In this document: piece by piece, positions 22,623 through 32,780 of the stretch
Numbering within the stretch: position 1 is the stretch's first letter
Layout of the letters: each line of letters begins with the position of its first letter
Origin: an uncultured Gammaproteobacteria bacterium
GTDB taxonomy: Bacteria; Pseudomonadota; Gammaproteobacteria; UBA9214
Length of the DNA: 64,000 bases
Direction: 5' to 3'
Assembly: GCA_963773065.1 (NCBI GenBank)
Contig: CAVYZN010000022.1
Location: forward strand, 1-64,000
Notes under the pieces: generated by a model
What the model was told of the DNA's origin: nothing
The model's input: only the letters and a program-made list of their open reading frames with translations
Database searches by the model: none
Program-made: the position numbers and the translations under genes

Positions 22623-23249
22623 TTACCAGAACACCAGCAGCGTGTCGTCCTGCAGCTTGTGTTCGAATTCATTCAGCGGACGATCCCCGATCGCGACACA
22701 CTCGCCGCTGGACACATCAAACACCCATTTGTGCTTGGGGCAGGTCAGGCGTGTGCCTTCCAGCGCCAGATGCGGAATGTTGGTCACCTGGTGCGGGCAG
22801 CGGCTGTCATAGACACGCAGGCTCCCGCCATCCCGGTAAATGTACAGGTTGCGGCCATCACAATCCTGGTAGGTAATTTCTCCTGATGGCAGATCATCCA
22901 GCTTGGCCACCGTATGCCAGGAAGGCTCGGCGAACAGGTTCTCGGGACGGAATTCGGGGATATCCATATCCAGTAGAATATCCACCGCCCAGACAATCTT
23001 GGCGAGGCCCAGCGTGGGGAAGGCCATCAGCAGGGCATCGAGCACCTCGTTGGCGCTCGCTCCGTTACGCAAAGCGCGGATCAGGTACTGGCGGAATCCC
23101 GCTTCGGTCTGTGAATCAACCTTGGTGATCACCGAGATCAGATCCCGGGTGCGGATATCGAGATGCTTGCCCGCTTCCTTGAGAAACTTGAAGTAGTGGG
23201 TGATGGCATCCGGGCGGGCGGCAACCAGGTAATTGAGTGCATCACTCAT
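22623..23249 (-). CDS. CMD/AhpD-like domain fused to a Rieske [2Fe-2S] domain
   Basis: N-terminal LDIRTRDLISV...ALRNGASANEVLDALL. C-terminal Rieske boxes CPHQ and CPKH. Confidence 0.8.
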   Translation of the reverse strand: MSDALNYLVAARPDAITHYFKFLKEAGKHLDIRTRDLISVITKVDSQTEAGFRQYLIRALRNGASANEVLDALLMAFPTLGLAKIVWAVDILLDMDIPEFRPENLFAEPSWHTVAKLDDLPSGEITYQDCDGRNLYIYRDGGSLRVYDSRCPHQVTNIPHLALEGTRLTCPKHKWVFDVSSGECVAIGDRPLNEFEHKLQDDTLLVFW

Positions 23250-23599
23250 TGTTATCTCCAGTTACGTCATGTCGAGAGGGACAATACTGTAATACCGAGG
23301 AAAGTCTGACCAATACACACTGTGTCATCCTCGTGCAGTAAGCATGCTCCGTAAAGCTTTCCCTCGCGACAACGATGAACGGGATTGAAATTCTGGAATG
23401 CAGTGCTTACAACACATGGATTATGGCGCTTCCTACCGCTTTGAGCAGAGCATTACGGCCGGAAGCCGATCCAATTGAATCCCCGCTAATAATTACACAT
23501 GACCTCGCCTTGGATCATTCCCCTTAATGTATAGACCGGGGGAAACAAATTCTCATAATCTCAGGCATAAAGCCCTGGATAAAAACCTGGTTCTCCTAA

Positions 23600-24281
23600 T
23601 TAGCCGTGATATCTCACCGCCTCCACACTCATGCACAGTTCGACGTCGTCGTTGACTACCCGTGACAACGTATCCATGCCGAAGTCTGACCGGTGAATCG
23701 TGGTACCGGCCTTGACCAGAACCTTACCGGCATTCTTCTCGTCCGTATTCCTGATCGGCAACAGTGTGACGTTGAATGTCACCGGCCGGGTGACTCCATG
23801 CAGCGTGAGATCACCCTTCATCGTGCCCGTGGTCTCGCTCGTCCATGTGAAACCCGTACTGACGAACAGAATTTCAGGGTAGTTCGCCACATCGAAGAAA
23901 CGCTCGCCCTTCAGCAGGTACTCGATCATGGAGCCACCGGTATCCAGACTCGCAGTTCTGACCAGAACCATCGCCTGTTCCTTGTGCACCCGAGTGATCC
24001 GGCCACAAGGTCAGCCCGCCCTGGAAAGCCTTGAACTCGGCCTTGACTCGCGCAAACTCACTGTCCACGCAGAAGCCCACCCTCGAGGTATCAGGCTGGA
24101 TACGGTAGAGATGGCCACCCTTGGCCGCGGCCCGCATGGAGTCAATCCGCGACTGCTCCACCTTGCCATTCAGGAAGGGGGCACAGGGTTCCTCTTCCCC
24201 GGCATGGCCGCGTATGCCGGTTGACAGCAACAGCCCTAGAATGAGAACGGTCAGGGTTTTGTGCTCTATCCATACAGTCAC
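23600..24281 (-). CDS. YceI-family protein, paralog 2 (frameshift near 23990)
   Basis: FFDVANYPEILFVS, GDLTLHGVTRPV and RSDFGM. Clearly paralogous to 7375..8067. Confidence 0.85.
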
Positions 24282-24763
24282 CTCCCTATGTGCAGTACAT
24301 CAGTAATTTATGATATAAAAATATATCGTCAAATCAAACCGAAACATTATGACGCCGTTAACATTTCTGAAAAGTTTCTTTATGTAATTGAAGTATTTAC
24401 TGGGACAAACTTTGCTTTTGATAACCTTGAGACATCTTGAGTAATCGGTGGGACTAGTACGCATGGATAGATGCCGGGGGCATGATCACCTGGCCCGAAC
24501 CGGGTCGGTTACCCGCGATTATTTCTTGATTTCGATCTGCAGCTTCCCTATCGAGATCACCATGTTAATTACACCTTCTGCAAAGGATCCCCGGAAACCG
24601 GTATCGGCTCCGTACTCCTCAACCAGGTCGATATTCTTTAACCCGCCCAGCCAGGCATTGGGAATCGGAAGCTAAAGTCTCCCCGCTTTATGACCGATAC
24701 GATCATGGATACTCCCGGGAAGCAGTATCATTGTCGGGTATACTAATCGGGAATAAATAAATC

Positions 24764-25518
24764 ATGAGCATACTCAGTCATATAGCCCTACTGGCAGGAC
24801 TGATTGCCAGTATCTCACTGATATGGTTGGTGGGACGTGCATTCAAAAAGCATGCAGCGTGGGGTATTGCGGTCATGCTCCTCTCCCCGGTGAGTGCCGT
24901 GATATTCGCAATTAAGCATTGGCAAGACGAGAAGGGCCCATTCCTTGTCTACATCGCGACTTTTATCACCGCTGTCACCCTAGGTCTCTATGTGTTTACC
25001 GTGCAGGGTGGGTGGGATACGGTGCGAACTGCACTTCGCGCACAGCAGAAGATGTACCTGCAGGCATCCAGCGGACAGTATAAAAAGTTCTTCGTGCAGA
25101 CCAGCCTGAATAAAGTCAAGGAATCGTCCGCGAATAACCAAGACGCAACATAGCTGAGCCACCGCCGCACGAACAGTCTTCAACGACTCAGGCTGGTCCT
25201 GCCGAACTCCCGACAAACGCCAGCGATCGAGCGGTGACTGAAGAAAACACTCCCGTGGCAACATCCGGAATATCCACTATCACACCAAAACACTATCGGG
25301 CGTCCTACGTGCCGATTGATCCCTCCGAAGCCGGTAACTACATCGGAATGACCGTCAAGGTGAAACGTCTGGACAGGTCTGAGCAGGATTGCGTGCTCAG
25401 GGGTGTTTCATCCGACGGTCTAAGTTTTGAACAGCACGGACGTGGCGGCATTTTTTCTTTCAAATCCAAGGATAGGGATATTGAGAAATTGAGAGTACTC
25501 GTTAAGCAGGAATATTGA
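24764..25518 (+). CDS. Hypothetical membrane protein (three TM helices and a soluble C-terminal domain), frameshift near 25140
   Basis: ORF 24764..25153 (RAFKKHAAWGI...FAIKHW). The frame of ORF 25234..25518 is open from about 25138, consistent with a single gene. Confidence 0.55.
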
Positions 25519-25627
25519 TTGCTGCTGCGGGTTAGTTATCTGAATTACCAGAGAACATAATAATTTTGGATCATAGCAGATGATAAGTAGAATCATTTGT
25601 TATGAGCCTTTTAATTTGTCTATTTAT

Positions 25628-25656
25628 TTGACGTAATGACCCGTAAGTGAGATAAA
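25628..25656 (+). promoter_or_regulatory. Putative sigma-70 promoter upstream of Gly-Tyr protein 2
   Basis: TTGACG-N17-GATAAA, sharing tatttgacg and aagtg.gataa with 21556-21584. Confidence 0.5.
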
Positions 25657-25745
25657 CTCCGAAGTTCGTGTCATTGGCCGCAATAAAGCTGCAGCGATGA
25701 TTATCCAGAGTGGTTTATACAAATAGATGCGGAGGATCCGATCCA

Positions 25746-26116
25746 GTGAAATATAGCGCAAGAAAGTACCGCGGAATTATTGTCATGATCAGTTTGCTGT
25801 TAGCCAACACAGCACACGCGTTCGATATGGGGAATATGATGAATCCGTCCAAGTGGGTGGGTAGCAACAGGGACGACGATGATTATGACCGTCGCGGTTA
25901 TGGGTATGGCGGGTATGGCGGGCCCGGTTGGGGGTTACCCGGGCTACGGATATGGCGGGCCGGGTTGGGGGGGTTACCCTGGGGGCTACGGTTATGGCGC
26001 CCCGGGTTGGGGGGGTTACCCTGGGGGTTACGGTTACGGTGCTCCCGGTTACGGCTATCCAGGGCTACGGAGCCGGCGCCTCGCAAGGCAATTCTCCCCC
26101 ACGCGAAATCCAGTAA
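25746..26116 (+). CDS. Secreted Gly/Tyr/Pro repeat protein 2 (sulfur-globule-protein-like), frameshift near 25930
   Basis: GGAGG RBS and GTG start. AHA then FDMGNMMNPSKW, repeats of PGWGGYPGGYGYGA, and the ending SPPREIQ*. Confidence 0.75.
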
Positions 26117-26283
26117 CCGTAAGAGACTATCAAACAACCCTAGATATGAGAAGGGGGATGCATTTCTGATCTGCTTGCCTGACCAAAAATGCAACCCCCT
26201 TCATGCAATCGGACATGCGTGCCAGGTGTGATCTGGCCATTTAATTTCTGCCCCTCTCCCGCACTCCGAGTGCTGCTATCCCA

Positions 26284-26724
26284 TTAGGCCGCGACCTGAG
26301 TGTCACCACTGACTTTCCGTATCAACGGGTACAGTTGCTCGGTCTCATCCTGTATGCGATTCAGCACCAGGCGGAACATATCTTCTGTCTCTCTGACAAA
26401 GGCTTGATGATCCCTGATGACCATCGCCCGCTTCTTGCACCATTTATGCAGATACGTTTCAAAGATGCGCTTGATCTCCGCAGACCCCGATATAAACTGT
26501 TTGGCGGTATTGTTAACCGCGCGTTCCTTGTGATTGAGCAACGCGGCATATAAATGCCTGTCCTCAAAATCCAAATGCCCTTTCACCTGATCCACGTACT
26601 GGAAAAACAGGTCACAAGTAACTTCGTTGTCGCACAGTGACCTGTCCTGTATCACGTTCTGCAGCACTTTGGAAAGTTCCATAATCTTGTGATTCTGGGT
26701 GTTCAGTTCTTCAAAAGTAATCAT
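26284..26724 (-). CDS. Hemerythrin-like domain protein
   Basis: QNH, GHLDFEDRHLY and RIQDETEQLYP helical-bundle motifs. Confidence 0.7.
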   Translation of the reverse strand: MITFEELNTQNHKIMELSKVLQNVIQDRSLCDNEVTCDLFFQYVDQVKGHLDFEDRHLYAALLNHKERAVNNTAKQFISGSAEIKRIFETYLHKWCKKRAMVIRDHQAFVRETEDMFRLVLNRIQDETEQLYPLIRKVSGDTQVAA

Positions 26725-26924
26725 GTCAGATCCCCTGAAAAATATTCTGTCTGTCAGTAACCAGCCAATATGCCAAGCACCCGAACCACGGCCTTAAGGA
26801 TCCAGCAACGCCCGGGCAAGGATAGATATCCTGCCGGCGGTACCGGATTATCCAGAGGATAGAATTGCAGGCATACAGGGTCAATAATATTCAATTAATC
26901 AGATAGTTATAATACGTTAATATG

Positions 26925-28431
26925 CCCAGAATGCAGTGGGTCTGGAGTAGCGCCAGTGCGCGCCAACGCCAGCTAGGCAACTGAGGCGCGGTACCGTGTG
27001 ACAAGACCGCGATCGGCGATCATGATTGATCTGATCCCCGCGCAGCATCAAAGTCAGCAGCACGGGACTGACGGCGTGCTGGGTCAGGCGGGCGACACCG
27101 CAGAGCAGCAAGGGACGGCTGGTGATCGCCACGGCGCGCCACGGGTGCGCCAGGCGCACATCCAGCCCACCAGTGTAGATGAGCGCCACCGCCGCGCGAG
27201 AGGTGCAGCGTCCAGGTCATGCGTGGTGTAGCCGCCCAGCCCACTGGTCCAGTCGTCGAAGCCATCTCGCACGGCCGACCGGTACAACTGGCGATGGCCC
27301 ACACGGGTAGTCGCGTCGTCACCAGGATCGCGTCCCAGAGTTGAGGTCATCCGCGGCGTCGGCGAAGAACAACGTGTTGGCCTCGCCACGTGGTCGTTCG
27401 GCCACGACACCGCCTGAGCGCGCCGCACACCACCACCGCGCGCCGGCCCAACCGGCGAGCTGAGTTGGGCCCCACCGCGTCGAAGCCTGCCACCGCTGCC
27501 AGTAGGAGCGACCATAAAAAAAAAAAGCCGCCGATCAGCAGGCGCAGACGGGGCAGGCTGTGTTGGCGGCATGGGATTGCCGCCTTGCACTCAACATCGA
27601 GCACGAGGCGCATCGTGCCAATCCAGTAGGTATGCAGGACATGGCTGGGACGCCCCGGCTCCTGGGGTGTAGCTCACCTCGGCGCCATCCTGGTGGCCGT
27701 ACAGCAACTTGATGGTGGTGTCCGTGTCGAGAATCCAGGGAGTGCGCAGGGCTTCGCGGGTACTCTCGGCCAGGGCCGTGTCCATCCAGGCGGTGCTCTT
27801 CGCCAGTTGAGCGGCGCGGGCAGCCCGTTCGTCTTCGCCGCAGCGTTTGTTCTGACTCGGCGCCAGATGTGCCAGTGCGCGGCGCAGGCTTTCATCACTG
27901 ATGATCTTGTTCATGCCTAGAATCTGTGGCGCGACCTCGTCCCTGCGCAGTCCGGCCACGTGCGCATAGCGCCGTTGTCCATCCAGTATCGACAACAGCC
28001 AGGTGCCAAGAACGTTCACCACAGCGGGGGCGTTGGGGCTGGTGTAGGACATCGGACACCCTTCCGCCAGCGGGCGAATAACCCCGAGACTTCCAGAAAC
28101 TCGGCAAAGAACGCCAACTGCCCCAGGGCCGTGGCACTTCCACCTTTGTCCCAGCGGACGTGAAACCGGCCACCGGGGGTGGTAAGGCGCAGTTCCTGCG
28201 CCGCTCGCTCCTGTTCCTGCAAAACAGTAGCAACCGCCTTTACCAGCGCTTTCTGTTCAAATTCCAGTTCACCCATTGGGTGAGCCTCCTCATCGACCAT
28301 AAACCCGCATCAGTGCTGAGTTTGCAGCAGTCTTAGCATGTTCAACAGAGGGTTTATTCCTTTACACCGCTATCAACCGCGCCTGCCTACGCCATCGCTC
28401 AACTGATAGGCGCTTCTGTGGTTACTTCTGG
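26925..28431 (-). mobile_element. IS1380-family element, transposase heavily fragmented
   Basis: Fragments GQLAFFAEFL, YTSPNAP, LLSILDGQRRYAH, WILDTDTTIKLLYGHQDGAEV, GGYTTHDL and AITSRPLLL. Ends are approximate. Confidence 0.75.
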
Positions 28432-28545
28432 TTAACGTTCACCGAGTATAATAGGCGCCACTGTCGGGGTGGACTATTATTGGCGGCACTCCCTTGTATC
28501 CGGGACGCAGTTTAGGCGGGCAGGCCGCCGGTGAAAGAGGACCAT

Positions 28546-29052
28546 ATGCCGAATCTTAGAACACTCTATGCTCTTGGCTTCATAATGTGCGTTGTGATGA
28601 TGGGTGCCGCTCTTTTTTACTTTCAGCGCTTTCTGGGACTCGAACCGTGTCCGCTGTGCATACTCCAGCGCGTTGTCGTTATCGCACTGGGCATGGTGCT
28701 GCTGGTAGCGGCCATCCACGGCCCGATCGGCTGGGGCAATCGGATCTATGGCGGGCTGATCATGCTTGTCGCCGGCTGCGGCGCTGCGGTTGCCGGACGA
28801 CATGTCTGGCTGCAAAGCCTGCCTGCCGACCAGGTACCTGAATGCGGCCCCGCCCTGGACTACATATTGCAGGTCTTTCCCCTCAGCGAGGCATTGCAAC
28901 TCGTGCTGCGCGGCTCCGGGGAATGCGCGAAGGTGGAATGGCAATTTCTCGGCCTCAGCATCCCCGGCTGGACGCTGATCGCCTTCAGCGGTTTCATCCT
29001 GTTTGGCCTCATGCTGCTGCTGCATCACAGCAGTGACCGACCGGCACGGTGA
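28546..29052 (+). CDS. dsbB: Disulfide bond formation protein B
   Basis: LEPCPLCILQR, RHVWLQ...VPECGP and GSGECA...LGLSIPGW. Confidence 0.95.
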   Translation: MPNLRTLYALGFIMCVVMMGAALFYFQRFLGLEPCPLCILQRVVVIALGMVLLVAAIHGPIGWGNRIYGGLIMLVAGCGAAVAGRHVWLQSLPADQVPECGPALDYILQVFPLSEALQLVLRGSGECAKVEWQFLGLSIPGWTLIAFSGFILFGLMLLLHHSSDRPAR

Positions 29053-29113
29053 CATGGACGACACCCACCACCGCTGTAACGCCTGGACAATGACGACTGT
29101 ATGTAGCTAAGGC

Positions 29114-29500
29114 TCAGTGCTTCCTGCCAATCAACTCAATTGGATATCCGTCCGGGTCTTCGATAAAGGCAATGATGGTGGTGCCGGCATTCATCGGACC
29201 GGCATCGCGAATGATCTTGCCACCGCGACTACGCAGTTCCTCAACCGCCTCATAGACATCATCGACCTCGATGGCGATATGGCCATAGCCTGAACCGAGA
29301 TCGTAACGGTCAGTATCCCAGTTGTAAGTGAGTTCGATAACGGTGTTTTCGGATTCGTCGCCGTAACCGACGAACGCGAGGGTGAACCTGCCGTCCGGAT
29401 AGTCCTTCCGGCGCAGGAGTTTCATGCCGAGGACATTGGTATAGAAGTCAATGGAGCGCTGCAGATTGCCGACGCGCAGCATGGTGTGCAGAAGTCTCAT
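29114..29500 (-). CDS. gloA: Lactoylglutathione lyase (glyoxalase I)
   Basis: [25 protein letters not shown] and [13 protein letters not shown]. Confidence 0.97.
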   Translation of the reverse strand: MRLLHTMLRVGNLQRSIDFYTNVLGMKLLRRKDYPDGRFTLAFVGYGDESENTVIELTYNWDTDRYDLGSGYGHIAIEVDDVYEAVEELRSRGGKIIRDAGPMNAGTTIIAFIEDPDGYPIELIGRKH

Positions 29501-29719
29501 TGCGTCATTTCTTGAATACCTGATTTCACAGTGTAGTGTCGCGGGCAACCCCGTTCACTGATGAAACCATGCGTGTGTGGCATGCCGTCGGCAGACTGGA
29601 ACCTGACTGGTCTCCACCCCACCCTCTTGATGAGAGGGGTCGATACGGCCGCCTTTCGCACAGTCTGGATGCGCCGTGTTCCAGTCATTCCGGAGCACCC
29701 TGTCCAGGCGCGCAGCAGC

Positions 29720-30502
29720 TTATTTGGTTTTAGCTCCCCCCACCGGAGATCCCCCCGCCGGAGAATAAGGCTTCCATTCAGTGGCTGTTTCCGGTTGGGG
29801 TTTCTTGCTCTCTGCGACGTACTTGTTTTCGGAACAGAAAATGTAGGGCGAAGTACCCTCCGTGCTGACATAGGTGATAAGGCAGTTCTGTGCGTTACCC
29901 TGATCGACGATCTTCCGGACGATGAGGTCGCCTTCTCTCAGATAGCTGTCTTGCACCATACCTCCCTTGACCCCGCTCTGATTGGTATAGCATGTCAATG
30001 AGGGTGCGGTCCCGCCCGTACTAACATAGGCAATAAGGCAGCTCTTGTTGCTGTCCTGATCCACGATCCTGTAGATATCAAGATCACCTTCCCGCAAGTG
30101 CCCACTGCTCTCGATTTCTTCCTTGGCAACATGCCTGCTTTCATAACAGTTAATGACCGGCGAAGTACCCGGAGTACTGACATAGGCTACCAGGCAGGAG
30201 ACGTTATTGACGGAATCCTTAATCTTTCGAACAACCAGTTGTCCTTCCTTGAAATGCCCTACCTGGCTGATGTTGGAACGATACCCAGATGTCGCCTGAT
30301 AACAACTCATAACGGGGCTTGTGCCGGTGGTGCGGACGTAGAAGGCAAGGCAGATCTTACTGTCTTCGAGGTCCGTGATGGTACGGACAATCAAGTCGCT
30401 TTCGCGCAACTTGCCGGTTTGCACCAGCAGCGTGGATTGGTAATCGGCAGCCAGACAACCCAGCGGCAGACCAATTAACAGAAAAACAAGTAGCCTCTTC
30501 AT
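29720..30502 (-). CDS. Secreted hypothetical protein with four ~52-aa tandem repeats, two Cys per repeat
   Basis: Signal peptide, then four copies of the consensus G.LREGDL.VRKI.D.....SCL.AYVST.GTSP...CY. Confidence 0.8.
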   Translation of the reverse strand: MKRLLVFLLIGLPLGCLAADYQSTLLVQTGKLRESDLIVRTITDLEDSKICLAFYVRTTGTSPVMSCYQATSGYRSNISQVGHFKEGQLVVRKIKDSVNNVSCLVAYVSTPGTSPVINCYESRHVAKEEIESSGHLREGDLDIYRIVDQDSNKSCLIAYVSTGGTAPSLTCYTNQSGVKGGMVQDSYLREGDLIVRKIVDQGNAQNCLITYVSTEGTSPYIFCSENKYVAESKKPQPETATEWKPYSPAGGSPVGGAKTK

Positions 30503-30948
30503 GCATACCCCCTTCAGATCATTTGATTTGCATCTAAAAAACCAGTCACCTATCCGGAAATTCTATCCTCTGTATACTTTCTATAAGACAAGTGAGTTGA
30601 AAGCAACACCCTCATGCCCCTTAACATTGCCCATTTCCCCGGCACAGCCCTGTTTTCGATATCCCGTGATTCCCGGCATTTTGTTTCTATAAAGATATAA
30701 CCATATCTTATTCATAAAGATTATCATGCATTATGGTTGTAAATCACGCAGTATGGTTGTATATATTAATTAAATAAATAGTGGTTTATGTTTAAAATTG
30801 GTTGAATTAATTTCAACCCGTGCTTGTTGCAAGGTTCACCTCCAGGCGTGTGACTTTGCCGTCAGATAGCCCGGAAGCCCTGGTTGTCAGGGGTGAAATA
30901 ACTATACGGATTTCGGCTTTTCATTATTTGAGTGGAGGTAACGGTACG

Positions 30949-31316
30949 GTGAAGCGGAAAATAATTATTTCGGTAGCGGCCCTTGGCTTGGCAGGCTTGG
31001 CGGCGGCCAATGTCGCACAGGCGTTCAATTTCGGCAATATGATGAACCCGTCCCGTTGGTTCGACAGTGACCGCGATCGTTACATGGCCGGGGTTATGAC
31101 CGGGGTTATTACGGTGGCTATGGTGGTGGTCCCTATGGCTATGGTGGCCCTTATGGTGGTGGTTGGGGTGGCCCATATGGTGGTGGTTGGGGTGGCCTTA
31201 TGGTGGCGTGGGGTGGATACGGTCCCTATGGTGGTTATGGTGGTGGCTATCCAAGCACCATCGTGGTGAGTCCTTCGACCGAGGGCAGCAAGGCCCCACC
31301 CAGGATGCCCGAGTAA
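30949..31316 (+). CDS. Secreted Gly/Tyr/Pro repeat protein 3 (sulfur-globule-protein-like), frameshifted
   Basis: GGAGG RBS and GTG start. AQA then FNFGNMMNPSRW, GGPYGGGW repeats in the shifted frame, and the ending APPRMPE*. Confidence 0.75.
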
Positions 31317-31372
31317 AGTCGCTGGGAAGTCAAATCAGCCTCGGCCACCGGCGGGAAATCCCCGGCTGAATC

Positions 31373-31408
31373 AAAAAACCAACCGGTCAAACCCGGTTGG
31401 TTTTTTTT
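31373..31408. terminator. Bidirectional rho-independent terminator
   Basis: aaaaaaccaaccgg - loop - ccggttggtttttttt between convergent genes. Confidence 0.85.
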
Positions 31409-31566
31409 GATCCCTGGCCAGAATTACCTGTGTTACAGCTAGCCGGCTCTCCTTGTTTCGTTATTATGTTGTCGCTTGAACTCGCAGCGGCAGTCATTCC
31501 AATCGTTTCATGATTACCGCGACGTATTGATCTCGTTTGCCCGCCAGTCATGACAGAATGGCGGGT

Positions 31567-32778
31567 TCACCGGGCGCGCCGGGATGCAATGCGCATGCGT
31601 AGTGCGTTGAGCCGGATAAAACCTTCGGCATCCTTCTGATTATAGGCGCCGGCGTCTTCCTCGAAGGTCGCGATGCGTGCGTCGAACAGGCTGTCGGTTA
31701 CGGACTGACGGCCCACGAGGGTGACACCGCCCTTGTAGAGCTTCAACCGCACTTTGCCGTTGATGCGTTCCTGCGAGGCGTCGATCAATTCCTGCAGCAG
31801 CTTGCGTTCCGGGCTCCACCAGTAACCATTGTAAATCAGGCTGGCGTAACGCGGCATGAGTTCGTCTTTCAGATGCGCGGCTTCACGATCCAGGGTAAGC
31901 GACTCCATGGCGCGGTGCGCCTTGAGCAGTATGGTGCCCGCCGGTGTCTCGTAACAGCCACGGGACTTCATGCCGACATAGCGGTTCTCTACGATGTCGG
32001 TGCGACCGATTCCGTTTGCCCCGCCGATATGGTTCAGGGTTTCCATCACCTGCGCCGCGCTCATGGACTTGCCATCGATCGCGACGGCATCACCTTTTTC
32101 GAAATCAATCTCGACGTAGGTCGGTGTATCCGGAGCCTTCTCGGGTGATACCGTCCACAGCCACATGTCCTCCTCCGGCTCCACCCAGGGGTCTTCCAGA
32201 ATGCCGCCTTCGTAGGAGATATGCAGCAAATTGGCATCCATGGAATACGGCGATTTCCTGCTTTTCTTGTGCTCGACCGGGATACCGTACTTGTCGGCAT
32301 AGGCGAGCAGCGTTTCCCTGGAGGTCAGATGCCACTCGCGCCATGGCGCGATGATCCTGATATCCGGCTTGAGCGCATAGGCGCCCAGTTCAAATCGCAC
32401 CTGGTCGTTGCCCTTGCCGGTTGCACCATGGGCGATGGCGTCGGCACCGGTCTCTTCCGCGATCTCAACCAGCCGTTTCGCGATCAGGGGACGCGCGATC
32501 GAGGTGCCGAGGAGATATTCACCCTCGTACAGGGTATTGGCGCGGAACATCGGAAACACATAATCGCGTACGAACTCTTCCTTGAGATCCTCGATATGGA
32601 CTTCCTTGACGCCCATCGCCCTGGCCTTGGCACGCGCCGGCTCAATCTCCTCGCCTTGCCCGATATCGGCGGTAAAGGTGACCACCTCGCAGTCATAGGT
32701 CTCTTCCAGCCATTTGAGGATGACGGAGGTGTCGAGGCCGCCGGAGTAGGCCAGTACAACTTTATTGATAGTGGACAT
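31567..32778 (-). CDS. argG: Argininosuccinate synthase
   Basis: [34 protein letters not shown] and [12 protein letters not shown]. Confidence 0.98.
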   Translation of the reverse strand: MSTINKVVLAYSGGLDTSVILKWLEETYDCEVVTFTADIGQGEEIEPARAKARAMGVKEVHIEDLKEEFVRDYVFPMFRANTLYEGEYLLGTSIARPLIAKRLVEIAEETGADAIAHGATGKGNDQVRFELGAYALKPDIRIIAPWREWHLTSRETLLAYADKYGIPVEHKKSRKSPYSMDANLLHISYEGGILEDPWVEPEEDMWLWTVSPEKAPDTPTYVEIDFEKGDAVAIDGKSMSAAQVMETLNHIGGANGIGRTDIVENRYVGMKSRGCYETPAGTILLKAHRAMESLTLDREAAHLKDELMPRYASLIYNGYWWSPERKLLQELIDASQERINGKVRLKLYKGGVTLVGRQSVTDSLFDARIATFEEDAGAYNQKDAEGFIRLNALRMRIASRRAR

Positions 32779-32780
32779 AA

